From assembly GCA_964247055.1 (NCBI GenBank), contig OZ176052.1:1550001-1614000 (forward strand): DNA of 64,000 bases, in the 5' to 3' direction. Shown piece by piece: positions 39,716-52,778 of the stretch (position 1 is its first letter; every line of letters begins with the position of its first letter). The notes beneath the pieces are model-generated. The model made no database searches and had not been told where the DNA came from. It saw only the letters and a program-made list of their open reading frames with translations. A program made the translations under genes and the position numbers. This DNA comes from Paragordius varius (lineage: Eukaryota > Animalia > Nematomorpha).

Positions 39716-40313
39716 AAATATTTTTTTTACACTTTTATCTACCTTTATAAATACATAACTATTCAAAATTTTTTTAAAAACAGGTCAAAAAATGTTTTAT
39801 TGCAATGGATGATTTGTTAAAAATTTATGGCATTTTTTTCAAAAATTACATAGGCCCATCTCACATTTATTTGCAATAAATTATGATATGATTGCTAAAT
39901 ATATTACAGTAAAAATTGAAATTATACGAACAACACGTGAAAATATAAAGACAATATATTTATCAAAAAGACAACCATACTCTTTAAAACCGAAATGTTT
40001 CCCATATAAGCTACTTAGTTACAATTGTAAAAAATCGATTGTGTTAGTAATATTTATATCTATTTCACGCTTTTTAAACAATGAGTTATATTGAAATAAA
40101 TCAAGATTTAAAAAGTATGGTTGTTTTTTACAAAAAAATAATTGTCTTTATATTTTTACATTTTGTCCGTATAATTTCAGTTTTTACTCTACTGTGCAAA
40201 GAAAGATTATTTATCCCGTATAATGGTGTCAAAATGGGTTTTAATTTAAAATTATATATGAAAAGGGTAACGTGTTAAAACTTAAATTATTTTCTTCAAA
40301 TAAAAATTTAATT

Positions 40314-43300
40314 TTATTCACTGGATGGATTCAATATTTCTTTAGCATTTCTAAACATTCGATTTAAATATACCATTTTTTCATCCAAACGCAACACTTT
40401 TTTAAGCAAACGTAACATTTTTTTAGTTGTCTTGAATAATTTCATCTGGGTAAACAATGCTACTGCATTATTTATCTCGTCGGTACTTTATGGATAACAC
40501 AATTTTTTTTTGTAATCTTATTAATTAAAATAAATATTCGATACTAGAAAAAGAAAATAGTGTTTTAATAAACAACTCATCTCGAATAATTTTTATAACA
40601 TGTAGTATTTACTACGTCAATATAATTTACACGTTCATCTGCAATAAATGATTATTCCCACTTGTATATTGGCCATAATTCATTCTCATTAAATTTAAAC
40701 GTTATCTGAAATATTTAAAAATCAAACAAATTGGATATTCAATATAACTAATTTTAAATACATATAAGGAAATTTAGATAAACCCCTTGAATATTAATAA
40801 ACGAATCACTCATGATAAAAAAATAATAGATTTTGTCTTTTAATACTTAATTTATGTAATGAAAAAATATATATACAAATGGATATCAATAATAATCATA
40901 TTTACATAAAGCACAATATAATGTAAAATCGAGCCCATTCACATGATCAAAAAAATAGTTTATATGCATCAAAAACATTGCAAATTATAATATTAATGAC
41001 AAAAATAACTAACTGATATATATATATATATATATATATACCACTAAACATTTTTATATGAGTTGGATTTTTTGAAATTATAAATAAAACATACAGATAT
41101 CACTATTTTACATAAAATATAAAGAAAGAAATTGACTTGATATATATATACAGTAAAAATTGATCATACGGACAAACGTTAAAACCAAAACTAATATTTT
41201 TCTCAAAAAACAGCCATTTCCCCACCATAATTTTTCTTAAATTGTTTTACAATTTTATAGAATAATTATTTAAAAGCAAGATCTAAAAAGTATGTTTGTA
41301 GAGAAAATAATTTTTGCTTTACATATTGTCCGTATAATTTCAATTTTTACTGTATATATATATATATATATATATATACATAGGCGCAAAACCAAGGAAC
41401 CTTTTAAGTATATTAACCATTTTCCAAGTATTCATTTAACAAGGGTCTAAAAATAAAACTGTTTTTGACAGAACCGTAATGACAAAATGTATTTTGTAAT
41501 TCATCACAATTATCTGTCGCATTATTATTATTATTTTTTGATAAATTTTGGTCGATGGGCAAAGAATTATTTTCAGATTCGGAGTTTTGTGTGGAATTTT
41601 TATTTGATGTAGTTGGTATTTCATCTTTCATATGGACCCCGATAATATTCTATCCATAAAAGTAAATTTCTTGTAAAAATATATCATTTGTGTTTCAAGA
41701 GTGCCCTTGAACACTTCGAGTTGGTCCTTTGACTTTTTTGTTTTGTTTTTAACTATTAATCAAATCGATTTTATCGTTTTTAGCCTATTTTTCATTATTT
41801 AACATAAATTTCAAATTATCAACTTTTAATCATTGAAAATCCATATATCTATATCAATGCTTTAAGATCATTTTGAATATTTAAGATTTTAACATGTAAT
41901 TAAAAAATATAAAAGTTCTTGGGTTATTTTTTATTTTTCATATTAAAAACATAAAAATAATTTTGTTAAATTGGAAAAAAATTAGTTTGAAACAAAAAAG
42001 TTTTTTTTAATAAAAATATTTATTTTTTAATGTATATATATATATATATATATATATGATAAATAAAAAATTTAGATTAAAAAATAATAAAACACATGCA
42101 AAAATTATGGTTAAATCGAAAGTTAAAATTTTAAGAACCAACTTGAAGTTTTCAAGGACGCTCTTGAAAGGCAAATGGTATATCTTATTTTTACATTGTT
42201 CAAATAAACAAATCATTTATTACTCTAACATTCCTGCCTCTATATATAGAAGATACTAATGAATCTTTTTAAACCTATTATATTACGGTATTGAAATGCA
42301 GTATTTTTTTAAAAGACCGCTATACTATTTTAAACTTATTATTTTAATATCAATAAATTGTTAAAACTGGAAAGTATGAAATAGAGGTGCAAATTGGAAA
42401 CACAATCAATTATATATTTAACAATAGTTTAATTAATTTATATAAAAAAGGCAAGGTTTGAAGAGTTTTTTAGTTGACTTAAATATGTTTTGTCTGTATA
42501 ACTTTATATTTTACTGTAACTAGATGAGCAGGTATGATTAAATAAAAAACCCAAAATAAGCTATAATTTTTTTTGTAAAATTTAAACCAGAAAGCAATGT
42601 TTGACACAGGGATCGCCATCACAAATGGTTTCGTGGGCCGCATTCGAAATATGGATCATATAAAATTTATTAGATTTTAAATATAGGATAAACCGTGACA
42701 CAAAACATTTTTTTCAAGTTCTTGTCAATTAAATAGACAAATTTAGAAAAATTGTTTATGGTAAATTTATTAAGATTTTATGAGCATATATTTTTACAAT
42801 GGATATTTGCCACCCATGGTTTAATATATTTTTGATAAAAAAATCATAATATTACAAACTTGTAAAAAAGATGGTATTCCACAAGGTTCCAATTCAAACG
42901 TACAATCAGGATTAAATTTATCATTGATAATGCCATTATTTTTTGTCTGAATGTTAGATGAAAATTTATTTTTTGCAGGTGAACAATTTTTTGATTTTAG
43001 ACCAATTTTAGCTTCTTCTGAGTTAGTATTTTGTGATAACGTTGCTGAGCAATTTGATGGTGGATCCAAAACAAAATAAATGCGTTGATTATCCATAATT
43101 TTTAGTTTTCCTTCATCAAAAAATAATTATCATTAGTTAAGACAATATCGAATGTATTAAAAGTTCCCCATAAAAAAATTATAATTTTTATCATAAAAAT
43201 GATTAAGGATGATTGTTTTATTTTGTTTTAACTTATTTTGATGGTTAGAAAAAGCATAGTTTGTGGAAAACGTAGTTTTTAACAATTTTATCTAGACACC

Positions 43301-46068
43301 AAAAACTTTATTTAGAAACCTAAACCCTATTTGAAAACAAAAAATCTATGACGATCAGCATGTTAGTTTTGGTGCTATTAATTAAAAAAGGCTTATTAAA
43401 AGAATCAGCCCCTACTCTATTTAACAAAATGATATATATATTTTCGTATATTAATATTAATCATATGCAATGCAATGCTATTCCAATTTTTTGAATATGG
43501 GTATTAACAACCTCAAACATTAAACAAATATTCTAATTTTACAACCATGTGCGTATATAGAATAATCGTATATCAAACTTTAAACAAAGCAAGTACCTAA
43601 ATGTTGAAAAATGGGTTTATTATTATTATTGCTATTAAAATTGGGTTCAATATTCGTTTCTATAATCCCCATATCCTCCTCATCATCAAGATTAACATTG
43701 TACTTTAAAGTAAAATCCTTTTTTTCTGGCGTATAGTTTTCTGAAGAGTTTTTCATACAGTTTTTATTAATATTATGTGCAAGTTTAAAAGGAACATTTC
43801 TCGGGAATCGAAAATGATAAAAATTGGTTGATTGACCATTTTGAATGTCATGTGCTACATTATTATTGTTGGTTAATTTTTCTTCTAAAGAGCTCCCATT
43901 AAAATTGATATCATCCACATCTAAACTATTGTAAGTATTCAATAATGTGTCCATTTTAGTTAAATCTAAATTATATATATATAAAACAAAAATTAAAATT
44001 TGAAAGGAAAACATAAGGTAATATAGTTTTTCTTAAATACCACCTTTGTATGTTATAAATTTATATCTCTGTTCATCGATTCGCAACTCAAAACGATAGG
44101 AGGTATAAAAAAAATTAAAAATCTATAAATATTTTTAAGAGGATTTTTAAACATTTTACATTAGTAACTTTTTAACCAATTTCAATATTTTAAATTTTTT
44201 ATATAAAAAAATATAAAAATAACTAAAATATAAACCATTTTTTGCATTTTTTAAGTTGTTTTCATTCAAGAGAATATCAACAAAAGTTTGTGGTTTAGCA
44301 TCCAACTTTAAACGTTTTCCAGAGTGTGTAGTATTGATCCCCCCTAAAATGTTAGATTATATTTTTTATTTTGGATAATGGGTAAAATAAATTATAAAAA
44401 TAGAAATAAATATTAAAAAGCATCATATATTATATTATCTGCATATTATTAAAACCATATGCATAAATTATTATATATATCCAGGAGAAATGTCATATGA
44501 TAAATTTTTAAATTTTAATTAAACTGTTAAATTCATATTTAAAAACGCCACTAGAGAAATACTAAGAAGAATAAAACTAACCATGTGAGACCATTTTAGA
44601 TTTTTTAACGGGTGAAATGGGGAAACGCAAAGGTTTAGATTCTTGCGAAAGTGTTTCAAATGCCTTAAAAGTAGTTTCATTTTCCTCTGAAGCAAGTTCA
44701 TTAGCAATGTTCTATAGGAATTAAGAAAAATTTTATAATTTAATTTTATGTAGATAGCCAACTTTATATTATTTAATTATTTTAATATATAATTAATATA
44801 TGTTTACAGAATCGGGAAATAAAATCGAATGTCTATTAAGCCCATAAGAATTAAAATCTAAAAAAATGGGGATCAAAAAATATAGTTAATCTAATAAAAA
44901 ATATTTGGCAATCTTAAATTGTTTAATATTTCAGCTCTTTAAAAAAGCTTTTTTAGCTATATCCTTGTAATCAAACTTAACTTGTCTTTTTAAAATAAAT
45001 TTATGGATATATTTTCATAAAAAATTATTTTAAACAATAGTAAATATAGTTGTCACAAATATAAAGAGATAATTATTTTTTACAAGAGACCACTATACTT
45101 TTTAAATTAATTTTCAAAAATATATGTCATTATTTTAAACTAGTTATAAAATAAAGATGTAAATTGGTAATTTAATCCATTATATATTAATTTTAGTTCA
45201 ATAGGATATATAGAAATACTAAAAAAATTGGAAAATTATAATATACTAAAAAGGTTTACCTTAAATGATCTCTTTAACAATTGGTCAATGTAGGAATCGT
45301 TACTTTGACTATTCTGGCGATTATTTAAGCGCTCAGATTGATTTTCTTATTATATATATAGTGATAATTAAAATTAGAAAAATAAAAAGTAAAGACTTTT
45401 TATGAAGTCTCATAAACATATTTGCAAAATATAAAAAGTCAGGAACTAATTTCAAACTAGTTTGGAAAACCAAGAGAAATTTAATTTTCCTATAAAAACA
45501 TATTTGTCTTTTACAATGTATCTCAAATTTATAATAAAAAGTAAAATTAAACTTGAAGGTGAGATTTGGGAGCTTTCTTTGTAAGAAACAACAGTATCAT
45601 TGTTTAGGATATTGCCATTAAACTTTTTAGTTTTCTCTCCGCTGACACCAAATGCAAAAATGGAATTACATTCTTCAATAACCGTTTCTTTTGGCTTTTT
45701 ATTTCCTCCTCGTGTATTACGATCATTTAATTTTAAGGTTCGTTTGCCAAGTTGCGGTTGTTTGTTTTCTAGTGATTCATTTTGATCTCTATAAAAATAA
45801 AAAAGTATAAAAATGTACATTAAATATAAGAAAAATAAAAAAGTATATGTACATGAAATATATGGAAAAATGATAACAAATACTTTTTGGGTCTCAAAAG
45901 TGCTTGATTAACATTGGGTGTAAATACCTTTTTAGCTGTTACAAACTTTGACAATGTATAATCTTTATGAGATTTTAACGTGAGAAGTCTATTCCATAAA
46001 AATTTATAAATTTACCTTGAAGTTTTGTTTAAAGGAACTCCGGCTTTATCCAACAAAATATTTTCCAT
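40314..46068 (-). CDS. Unidentified multi-exon protein, long N/K/S-rich low-complexity N-terminal half
   Basis: Eight GT-AG exons splice in consistent phase from an ATG preceded by an in-frame stop: 46068-46016, 45788-45553, 45345-45260, 44711-44582, 44343-44236, 43965-43597, 43110-42860, 41649-41418 (1465 nt). Probable last exon 40485-40314; the link between 41418 and 40485 was not resolved. Confidence 0.75.
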
Positions 46069-48010
46069 GATTCACATGGTGGTTTAACTCAAAAATATAA
46101 AGTCATGTTTATTTGCTAATCCAATTATCGATACAAAATTGATATCAAATTTTCAAACCTTGATATAGTTAACAAATTTAAGTACCCCTGATTATATGCA
46201 AAATATACAAACATGAGTTTACAAAAATGTCTATCATTTAAACAGTTCTTGTATTGAAGTGCCGTAAGCCTTACTGCCATGCTATTTCGGCGTCGGATAA
46301 CAGATATAGTTAACACTGTAATATATACGACATAAAGATAAGTTTAAAATTTTTTTACTTTTTGCCACCGTGGTCTACCCGATAATTATTTTTAAAATCA
46401 ATGTAGATAAAATCATTTCCCAATCAATTGAAACGTTTTGCCACATCGAATCCAGTTAATCGAAATTCACATCAATCAAAACGATCTCTTAACAATGGGA
46501 TAGCAGCTATTTATTTGCTTCGATTCAAATTAAGGTAGTTAAATAACCCAGGCCTGTTAAAAATAAAGTACCTCAAAATCTAAAAGGAATCGAAGCCATG
46601 GCAAATGTTTGTTAAATAACATTAAACGAAATATTAAAAAATCACTCAAAAATATTTGATATCAAAAAGTAAATTTATAGTCAAGTTAATATGTGTCCCT
46701 TAGCAAATTTAAAAATAATACAAATTTAACTCCTTGTCTGTTTCTAACAATGATTTCAAAAATATAAACAGATATTTTGCAAAAATGTTGTAAAATAAAA
46801 ATGGCCTCGAAGTAGTTTGATATGTAACTTTTTTCAAAATACATTTTATTTATTTTCGGCTTCTTTATATAATATTTATCAAATAGCATAAATTTAAATT
46901 GAAGCCGTTTTTTCATATCATCTATCATTTAAGATTATATTACACCAAATTATCAAACCTTAATACTCCTATACGCTCATTAAAAAATTTCTTATTTTGC
47001 TGGCACTAAAACCAAAACTTGGGTTTTTTAGCGGTTGGCAGAAACAAAAATTTTAGCAAGGAAAATATTTTATTGGAGTACAATTGACGCTATTTAGAGA
47101 TCATGCATTATGAGACATTCAATGGACTGATATGAAATATTTTATTTTATATTTGTCAATTATGCGCTTATTAGAATTGATGGGACCCCTTTACTTCGAT
47201 TGAGGTATCTAAATAGGACAGATAATATTAAAATTCATAATTAAAAAAAACTATTGAAAGAAACGGTTAAAATTTAATGCTATCCTAATAAAATTTATAT
47301 ATATACCTATATATCTAAATAAAATTTAGTTATAAAAATAAGTTCCGTATCAAAATACTTGGACGTCATGTTTATTTAACAACATTTTCGCAAAATATCG
47401 TTGTCATTTTGTTTAGGACTAAAATTAAGTTTACCTTTTTATTAAAACCACATTTAACATTGATGTAAACAGAAAAAGTGGTATATTTTGCATTATTTTT
47501 ATATTTAGCTTATAAACATATGTCATAGTGGTTAAATTTTTAGCTTTGGGTTTAACCTCTGAATAAATAATATCGAGTAATTGAGGGAATTTTTTTTATA
47601 ATCGGTTGATTATAAGTCCAATCCTTTGCCATGGTTTAAGTTTATATAATATTTTTTAAAATGTGGGTATTTTGAATAAGCCTGGGCTATCTAACTACCC
47701 CAATAACTGAAATAAATGTGTTGTATTCAAGTGTTAACACAAAAGCTCAAACTTAGGGCCATGGACTGGCTCATTCACCAATTTTGATAATCCATGTGTT
47801 TAAGACTTCCTCATCCTGTTGGGATGGATGTATTTTTGAGCGCGGTTGTTTTGTAATTAAGGTTATTACACAAGCCAATATCTCGACAACTAGAAAGAAT
47901 TTTGGAATTTAAAAACTGTATTAGCCTATATAAAGTAAATTTAATATATGTAAATGGTAGGTTATGAAAAAATATTATTCGGGCAATGGAATTAATTACT
48001 TTGAAAGGGG

Positions 48011-48470
48011 TGTGTAACCTGAATCGGGATAGCCAAAGATTTCTTGCTCTCTCCATGTCATTTCGATCCTGGGGAAGTTGCATCCACTTTGTGCGCAGGT
48101 TAGAACACAGTGGAGCAACTTCCTGCATTATTTTGGTCACAGTACCCCGTTCTATACCGTAGTCCTGGGCTACTCCTGATTGGTAGCCATGATCCGATAG
48201 ATATCTTATAAAGATCTCCACCCGCTCTCTATAGGACATGGATCCGTTGCGCAATTTTCTTGTTCCAGGTGGGTATATTTCATTATTAATAAAATGTAAT
48301 GCATTTGTTGTATTGCGTAATAATATCGGCATATATATGTGGGAATTGTTTGGCGATTTCTTATTTTGCGTTTTCGGTTACCAAAGTATATTAACATACA
48401 TTTTATGCATAAAATAAAACATGTATTTCACATTTCTTAAGCAGCAACCAACATACGGCCCTTGCAACCA
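48011..48470 (-). pseudogene. Inverted 5' fragment of the same Harbinger transposase
   Basis: ORF 47811-48332 matches 50857-51177 up to ...WLSRFRL, then runs into unrelated sequence at ~48010. Confidence 0.9.
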
Positions 48471-48589
48471 TTTAAGTCGGACATCTCTGGCCTTGAGATA
48501 TAAGGACTAATTTGGAACACCAAAATTTTTTGTCATATATTTTTTAAAACTATATATATTGTTTGTCGTATATATTAAGGTGTTACGAC

Positions 48590-48803
48590 TAGGGTTGTGC
48601 ATTTGACTGCTTTTTTGAAAAAGTCCGGTCAGACCATGGTTATGACCACTTTTTAATTTATTTTAATCAAAACAATAGAAAAATTTAATTAGATTGATTA
48701 TATATATAAATATTTAAATGTATATATTTTTTAACGGATATATTAAAAAATAAAATCCTATTATGTCATCCAAAAAAAAAATTTAATGGTCAGCAAAACC
48801 CTA
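48590..48803. mobile_element. hAT-type MITE inside Harbinger IR1 (mirror copy 50380-50596)
   Basis: Termini TAGGGTT ... AACCCTA; TSD GTTACGAC / GTTACAAC (48582-48589, 48804-48811); mirror TSD GTTTTAAC / GTTGTAAC. Confidence 0.8.
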
Positions 48804-50665
48804 GTTACAACTATTACATATAATTATGTCCCATATCTATATAAAAATCGGAAATATATGGTACAGACTTTTTGTAACGAAAAATAAAAATCATTAAATC
48901 CCTGGATCCTAAAAAAGCTCTTATTATGGGGCGCATGACATTATAATTTGTATATGGAATATGTGGCAGAGCAGTACTCCCAAAACTTTCAACAGAGCTA
49001 AAAATATAAATTAATAAGAACAATACTTATTAGTACTTTTCATACTACCATTTATTATGGTTTTAAATGATGATGGAAAAAATTTATATGATGTCATATA
49101 TTGCAGATTTTGATAAAATATATCTTCAGATATTGTATTTAAGGATATTATACGTAGTTGAAAGACTGGCTTATAAAAGCACGAACACCCCGTTCAGAGC
49201 ATTTAATTCCAATATAATAATTATAGTAAGATAACTTATTTATCTTACTACTATTTCTTGCCTAACTATATAAAAATATAGCACTAAAACATTATATATA
49301 ACCTTTCGTAAGCATTTGCCTGAAAAATATTTTTTAATTTATGTCCAAAATTTCCAAAACCTACCTTATACATATATGAAATATACTTTATTTAGGCTAA
49401 TACAGTTTTCAGATTCCAAAAATTCTTCCTCGTTCTCGAGATATCGGCTTTTGTAACAACCTTAATCCTGAAAAAACAGGATTAAATGATCCAGGTGAAT
49501 GAGCCTCCCTCATCCTGTTGAGATGGATGAATTTTTAATCCTACTTTTTTCAGGATTAAGCTTGTTACAAAAGCCGATATCTCGAGAACTAGGAAGAATT
49601 TTTGGAATCTGCAAACTGTATTAGCCTAAATAAAGTATTTAATATATGTATGGTAGGTTTTGGAAATTTTGTACATGGATTAAAAAATATTTTTCGGGAA
49701 AATGCTTACGAAAGGTTATAATGTTTTAGTGCTATATTTTTATATATTTAGGCAAGAAATAGTAGTAAGATAAATAAGTTATCTTACTATAAATATTATA
49801 TTGGATTTAAATGCTCTGAAAGGGATGTTCGTGCTTATATAAGCCTGTCTTTTCACTGAATATTTATAATATTCCTAAATACAATATATTATCGCAATAT
49901 GACATCATATAAGTTCTTTCCATCATCATTTGATACTATTATAAATGGTAGTATGAGGAGTACTAATAAGTATTGTTTAATTTATATTTTTAGCTCTGTT
50001 GAAAGTTATGGGACTCTTCTGCCGCATGTTAATCCTTTGGGTGGGATTGTTCGGTAATATATCCTTAACCTCTATGTAACAAATTTTACGTTTCATTTAA
50101 TATTTTTAGCTCTGTTGATAGTTATGGGACTGCTCTGCCGCATGTTCCATATACAATTACCGGTAGAGAGCGCGGGTATTATATTGTTTATTTTCAGATA
50201 TAATATTTATATATGTGTGTGATTGTGTTTTATATCAAGGCAATTATAATATCGTGCGCCCCATAATAAGCTTTTTTAGGATCACGGATTTAATGATTTT
50301 TATTTTTCGTTACAAAAGGTCTGTAACCATATATTTCCGATTTTTATATTGGGACATAATTATATGTAATAGTTTTAACTAGGGTTTTGCTCACCATTAA
50401 ATTTTTTTGGGCTGAGATAGTAGGATTTTATTTATTAATATTTCCGTTAAAAAATATATAATTAAATATTTATATATATAATATAATCTAATTAAATTTT
50501 TCAATTGTTTTGATAAAAATAAATTACAAAGTGGTCATAACCATGGACTAGGTCTGACCGGACTTTTTCAACAAAGCAGTTAAATGCACAACCCTAGTTG
50601 TAACACCTTATAATATACGACAAACAATATAATTAGTTTTATAATATATATATATATATATATAT

Positions 50666-51896
50666 ATGACAAAATTTTTCTTATATCTCAAGGCCAGAGA
50701 TGTCCGACTTAAATGTTTGCAAGGGCCGCATGTTGGTTGCTGCTTAAGAAATGTGAAATACATGTTTTATTTTATGCATAAAATGTATGTTAATATACTT
50801 TTAAGAGGCAACCGAAAACGCAAAATAAGAAATCGCCGAACAATTCCCACATATGATATGCCGATATTATTACGCAATACAACAAATACATTAGATTTTA
50901 TTACTAATGAAATATACCCACCTGGAACAAGAAAATTGCGCAACGGATCCATGTCCTATAGAGAGCGGGTGGAGATATTTATAAGATATCTATCGGATCA
51001 TGGCTACCAATCAGGAGTAACCCAGGACTTTGGTATAGAACAGAGTAGTGTGACCAAAATAATGCAGGAAGTTGCTCCACTGTGTTCTAGCCTGCGCACA
51101 TAGTAAATGCAACTTCCCCAGGATCGAAATGACATGGAGAGAGCTAGAAATCTTTGGCTATCCCGATTCAGGCTACCTTATATTGTGGATGCAATTGATT
51201 GCACTCATATTGAAATAAATCAGCCTACACAATTTCCCCAAGATTATATAAACCGTAAAGGTTACTTCTCGTTGAACGTCCAGGTCACTGTTGACGCCTC
51301 AGAAAAATTTACCTCTATAGAGGTTAATTCACCGGGCGGCATACATGATGCCAGGATCTATAGCAACTCTCTTGTTAGATCGATCCTGGAAGATGTGGCA
51401 GAATATGGAAGTCTGTTGGGTGATAGTGGTTATGGTATTCAAAAAACCATAATCACACCAATAAAGACACCCACAGCAGCGCATGAGATAAGGTACAATT
51501 ATCTAGTGCAGAGCAAAGAACGCATGTTGGTAGAGCGTGTGCTCGGTCAATGGAAGAGGGTATTCCCCATCCTAGGGAACAAGATCCGTGTCAAGACGGA
51601 AATGGTACCTGACGTGATACAATCATGTGGGGTATTGTTCAATATAGGTATGTTTTTGATATGCCCATTTTACAACATTTTTACATATATCGATATGAAA
51701 TATGTTCATTTTTGTTTGTACTCCATATCAAATTATTTTTAATATTATGGGGAAGTACCTAAAAGCCATCGGTCATATTGAAGATAGCGAATTTGTAGGC
51801 CCATCAGAAGATGAGACAGGAACAATCTCAAGTAGTCGGCAGGCAGGAGTCGATAGAAATGAAATCATACGATATATTATTATAAATAATTTATGA
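50666..51896 (+). pseudogene. Harbinger (HARBI1-like) DDE transposase pseudogene
   Basis: RYLSDHGYQSG, IVDAIDCTHI, YINRKGYFSLNVQ, GGIHDARI, LLGDSGYG, ERMLVERVLGQWKRVF; TAG TAA at 51101-51106 where the inverted copy reads AAG TGG; the acceptor of the late intron is mutated here (ATGG) but intact (ATAG) in the inverted copy near 53515. Confidence 0.9.
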
Positions 51897-52339
51897 ATTA
51901 CCATATTTATTATATAAATGCTAATTTAATACATTTATAACATATATTTAGCTTGTAAAATATTTAAAATCATTTTGAGATATGAAAGAATCTCTTTGAA
52001 AAAATCTTCGCAGTTTGTGTGAGATTGTCTCGGCTCTCGCACACAGGACCCTGTTACATCTATAATTAATTATAAATATATAATAATTATAATATTTTTG
52101 CCAATATTACTTAAAATAGATTCGTCGGGGTATATTGGGCTTTCAGGATTAGCACCAGTGATTACTGGTGATTGATTAAACGCATTGTCATCTATTGAAT
52201 TAAAATTATCTATAAAATTAAAAATGAAATATACTGGCACTGGTGTTTACTGTACCTAAATATTGCAATTTATTAAAATTTTCATGATTTGAAAAAAAAT
52301 TATCTATAAAGGTAAAAATGTAATATACTGGTGCCAGTG

Positions 52340-52778
52340 AATATGGAATCCGCGTGGCTGTATGAGTTATTTCTGAATTTATATATTATGAATACTTTTT
52401 CTAACGGCAGATACTCTAGCCCCCTCCGGAAGACACCCGTTTTTGGGAGATTTATGGTAGTGAAGCAAATTGCTCAGGAGGACCATTTCATGCCTGAGCA
52501 ATTTATCAGGGACGCTTTATTACCCGTCCTCCGGGCCATATCATTTTTTCTTTTGATACAAGCCCGAATATTGTCAAACATTTTTCGAGCATTTCTCGCG
52601 CTCATATCATCATTTTCGTTAGCTAACGAATTGTAGGCCTTAAGCCTTTCTCCGTTAGTAAATTTATTAACGGTATTCTCAAATAAACAACACGGATAGC
52701 TATAAATAAATAAAACTTAACTTTTTAATGAGACCGACTAATAACTCGCGTGCAAAAGAGGAAGTATTTTCCATCATA
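52340..52778 (-). pseudogene. Harbinger Myb/SANT-like accessory protein, degenerate
   Basis: Minus strand MMENTSSFARELLVGLIK|NYPCCLFENTVNKFTNGERLKAYNSLANENDDMSARNARKMFDNIRACIKRKNDMARRTGNK, then a frameshift to DKLLRHEMVLLSNLLH; convergent with the transposase, as in PIF/Harbinger elements. Confidence 0.7.

Noticed and set aside
48814-49023. ORF SVESFGSTALPHIPYTNYNVMRP inside IR1 as a captured host gene
   Set aside because: No family recognised, and the mirror arm has indels and a partial duplication that break the frame.
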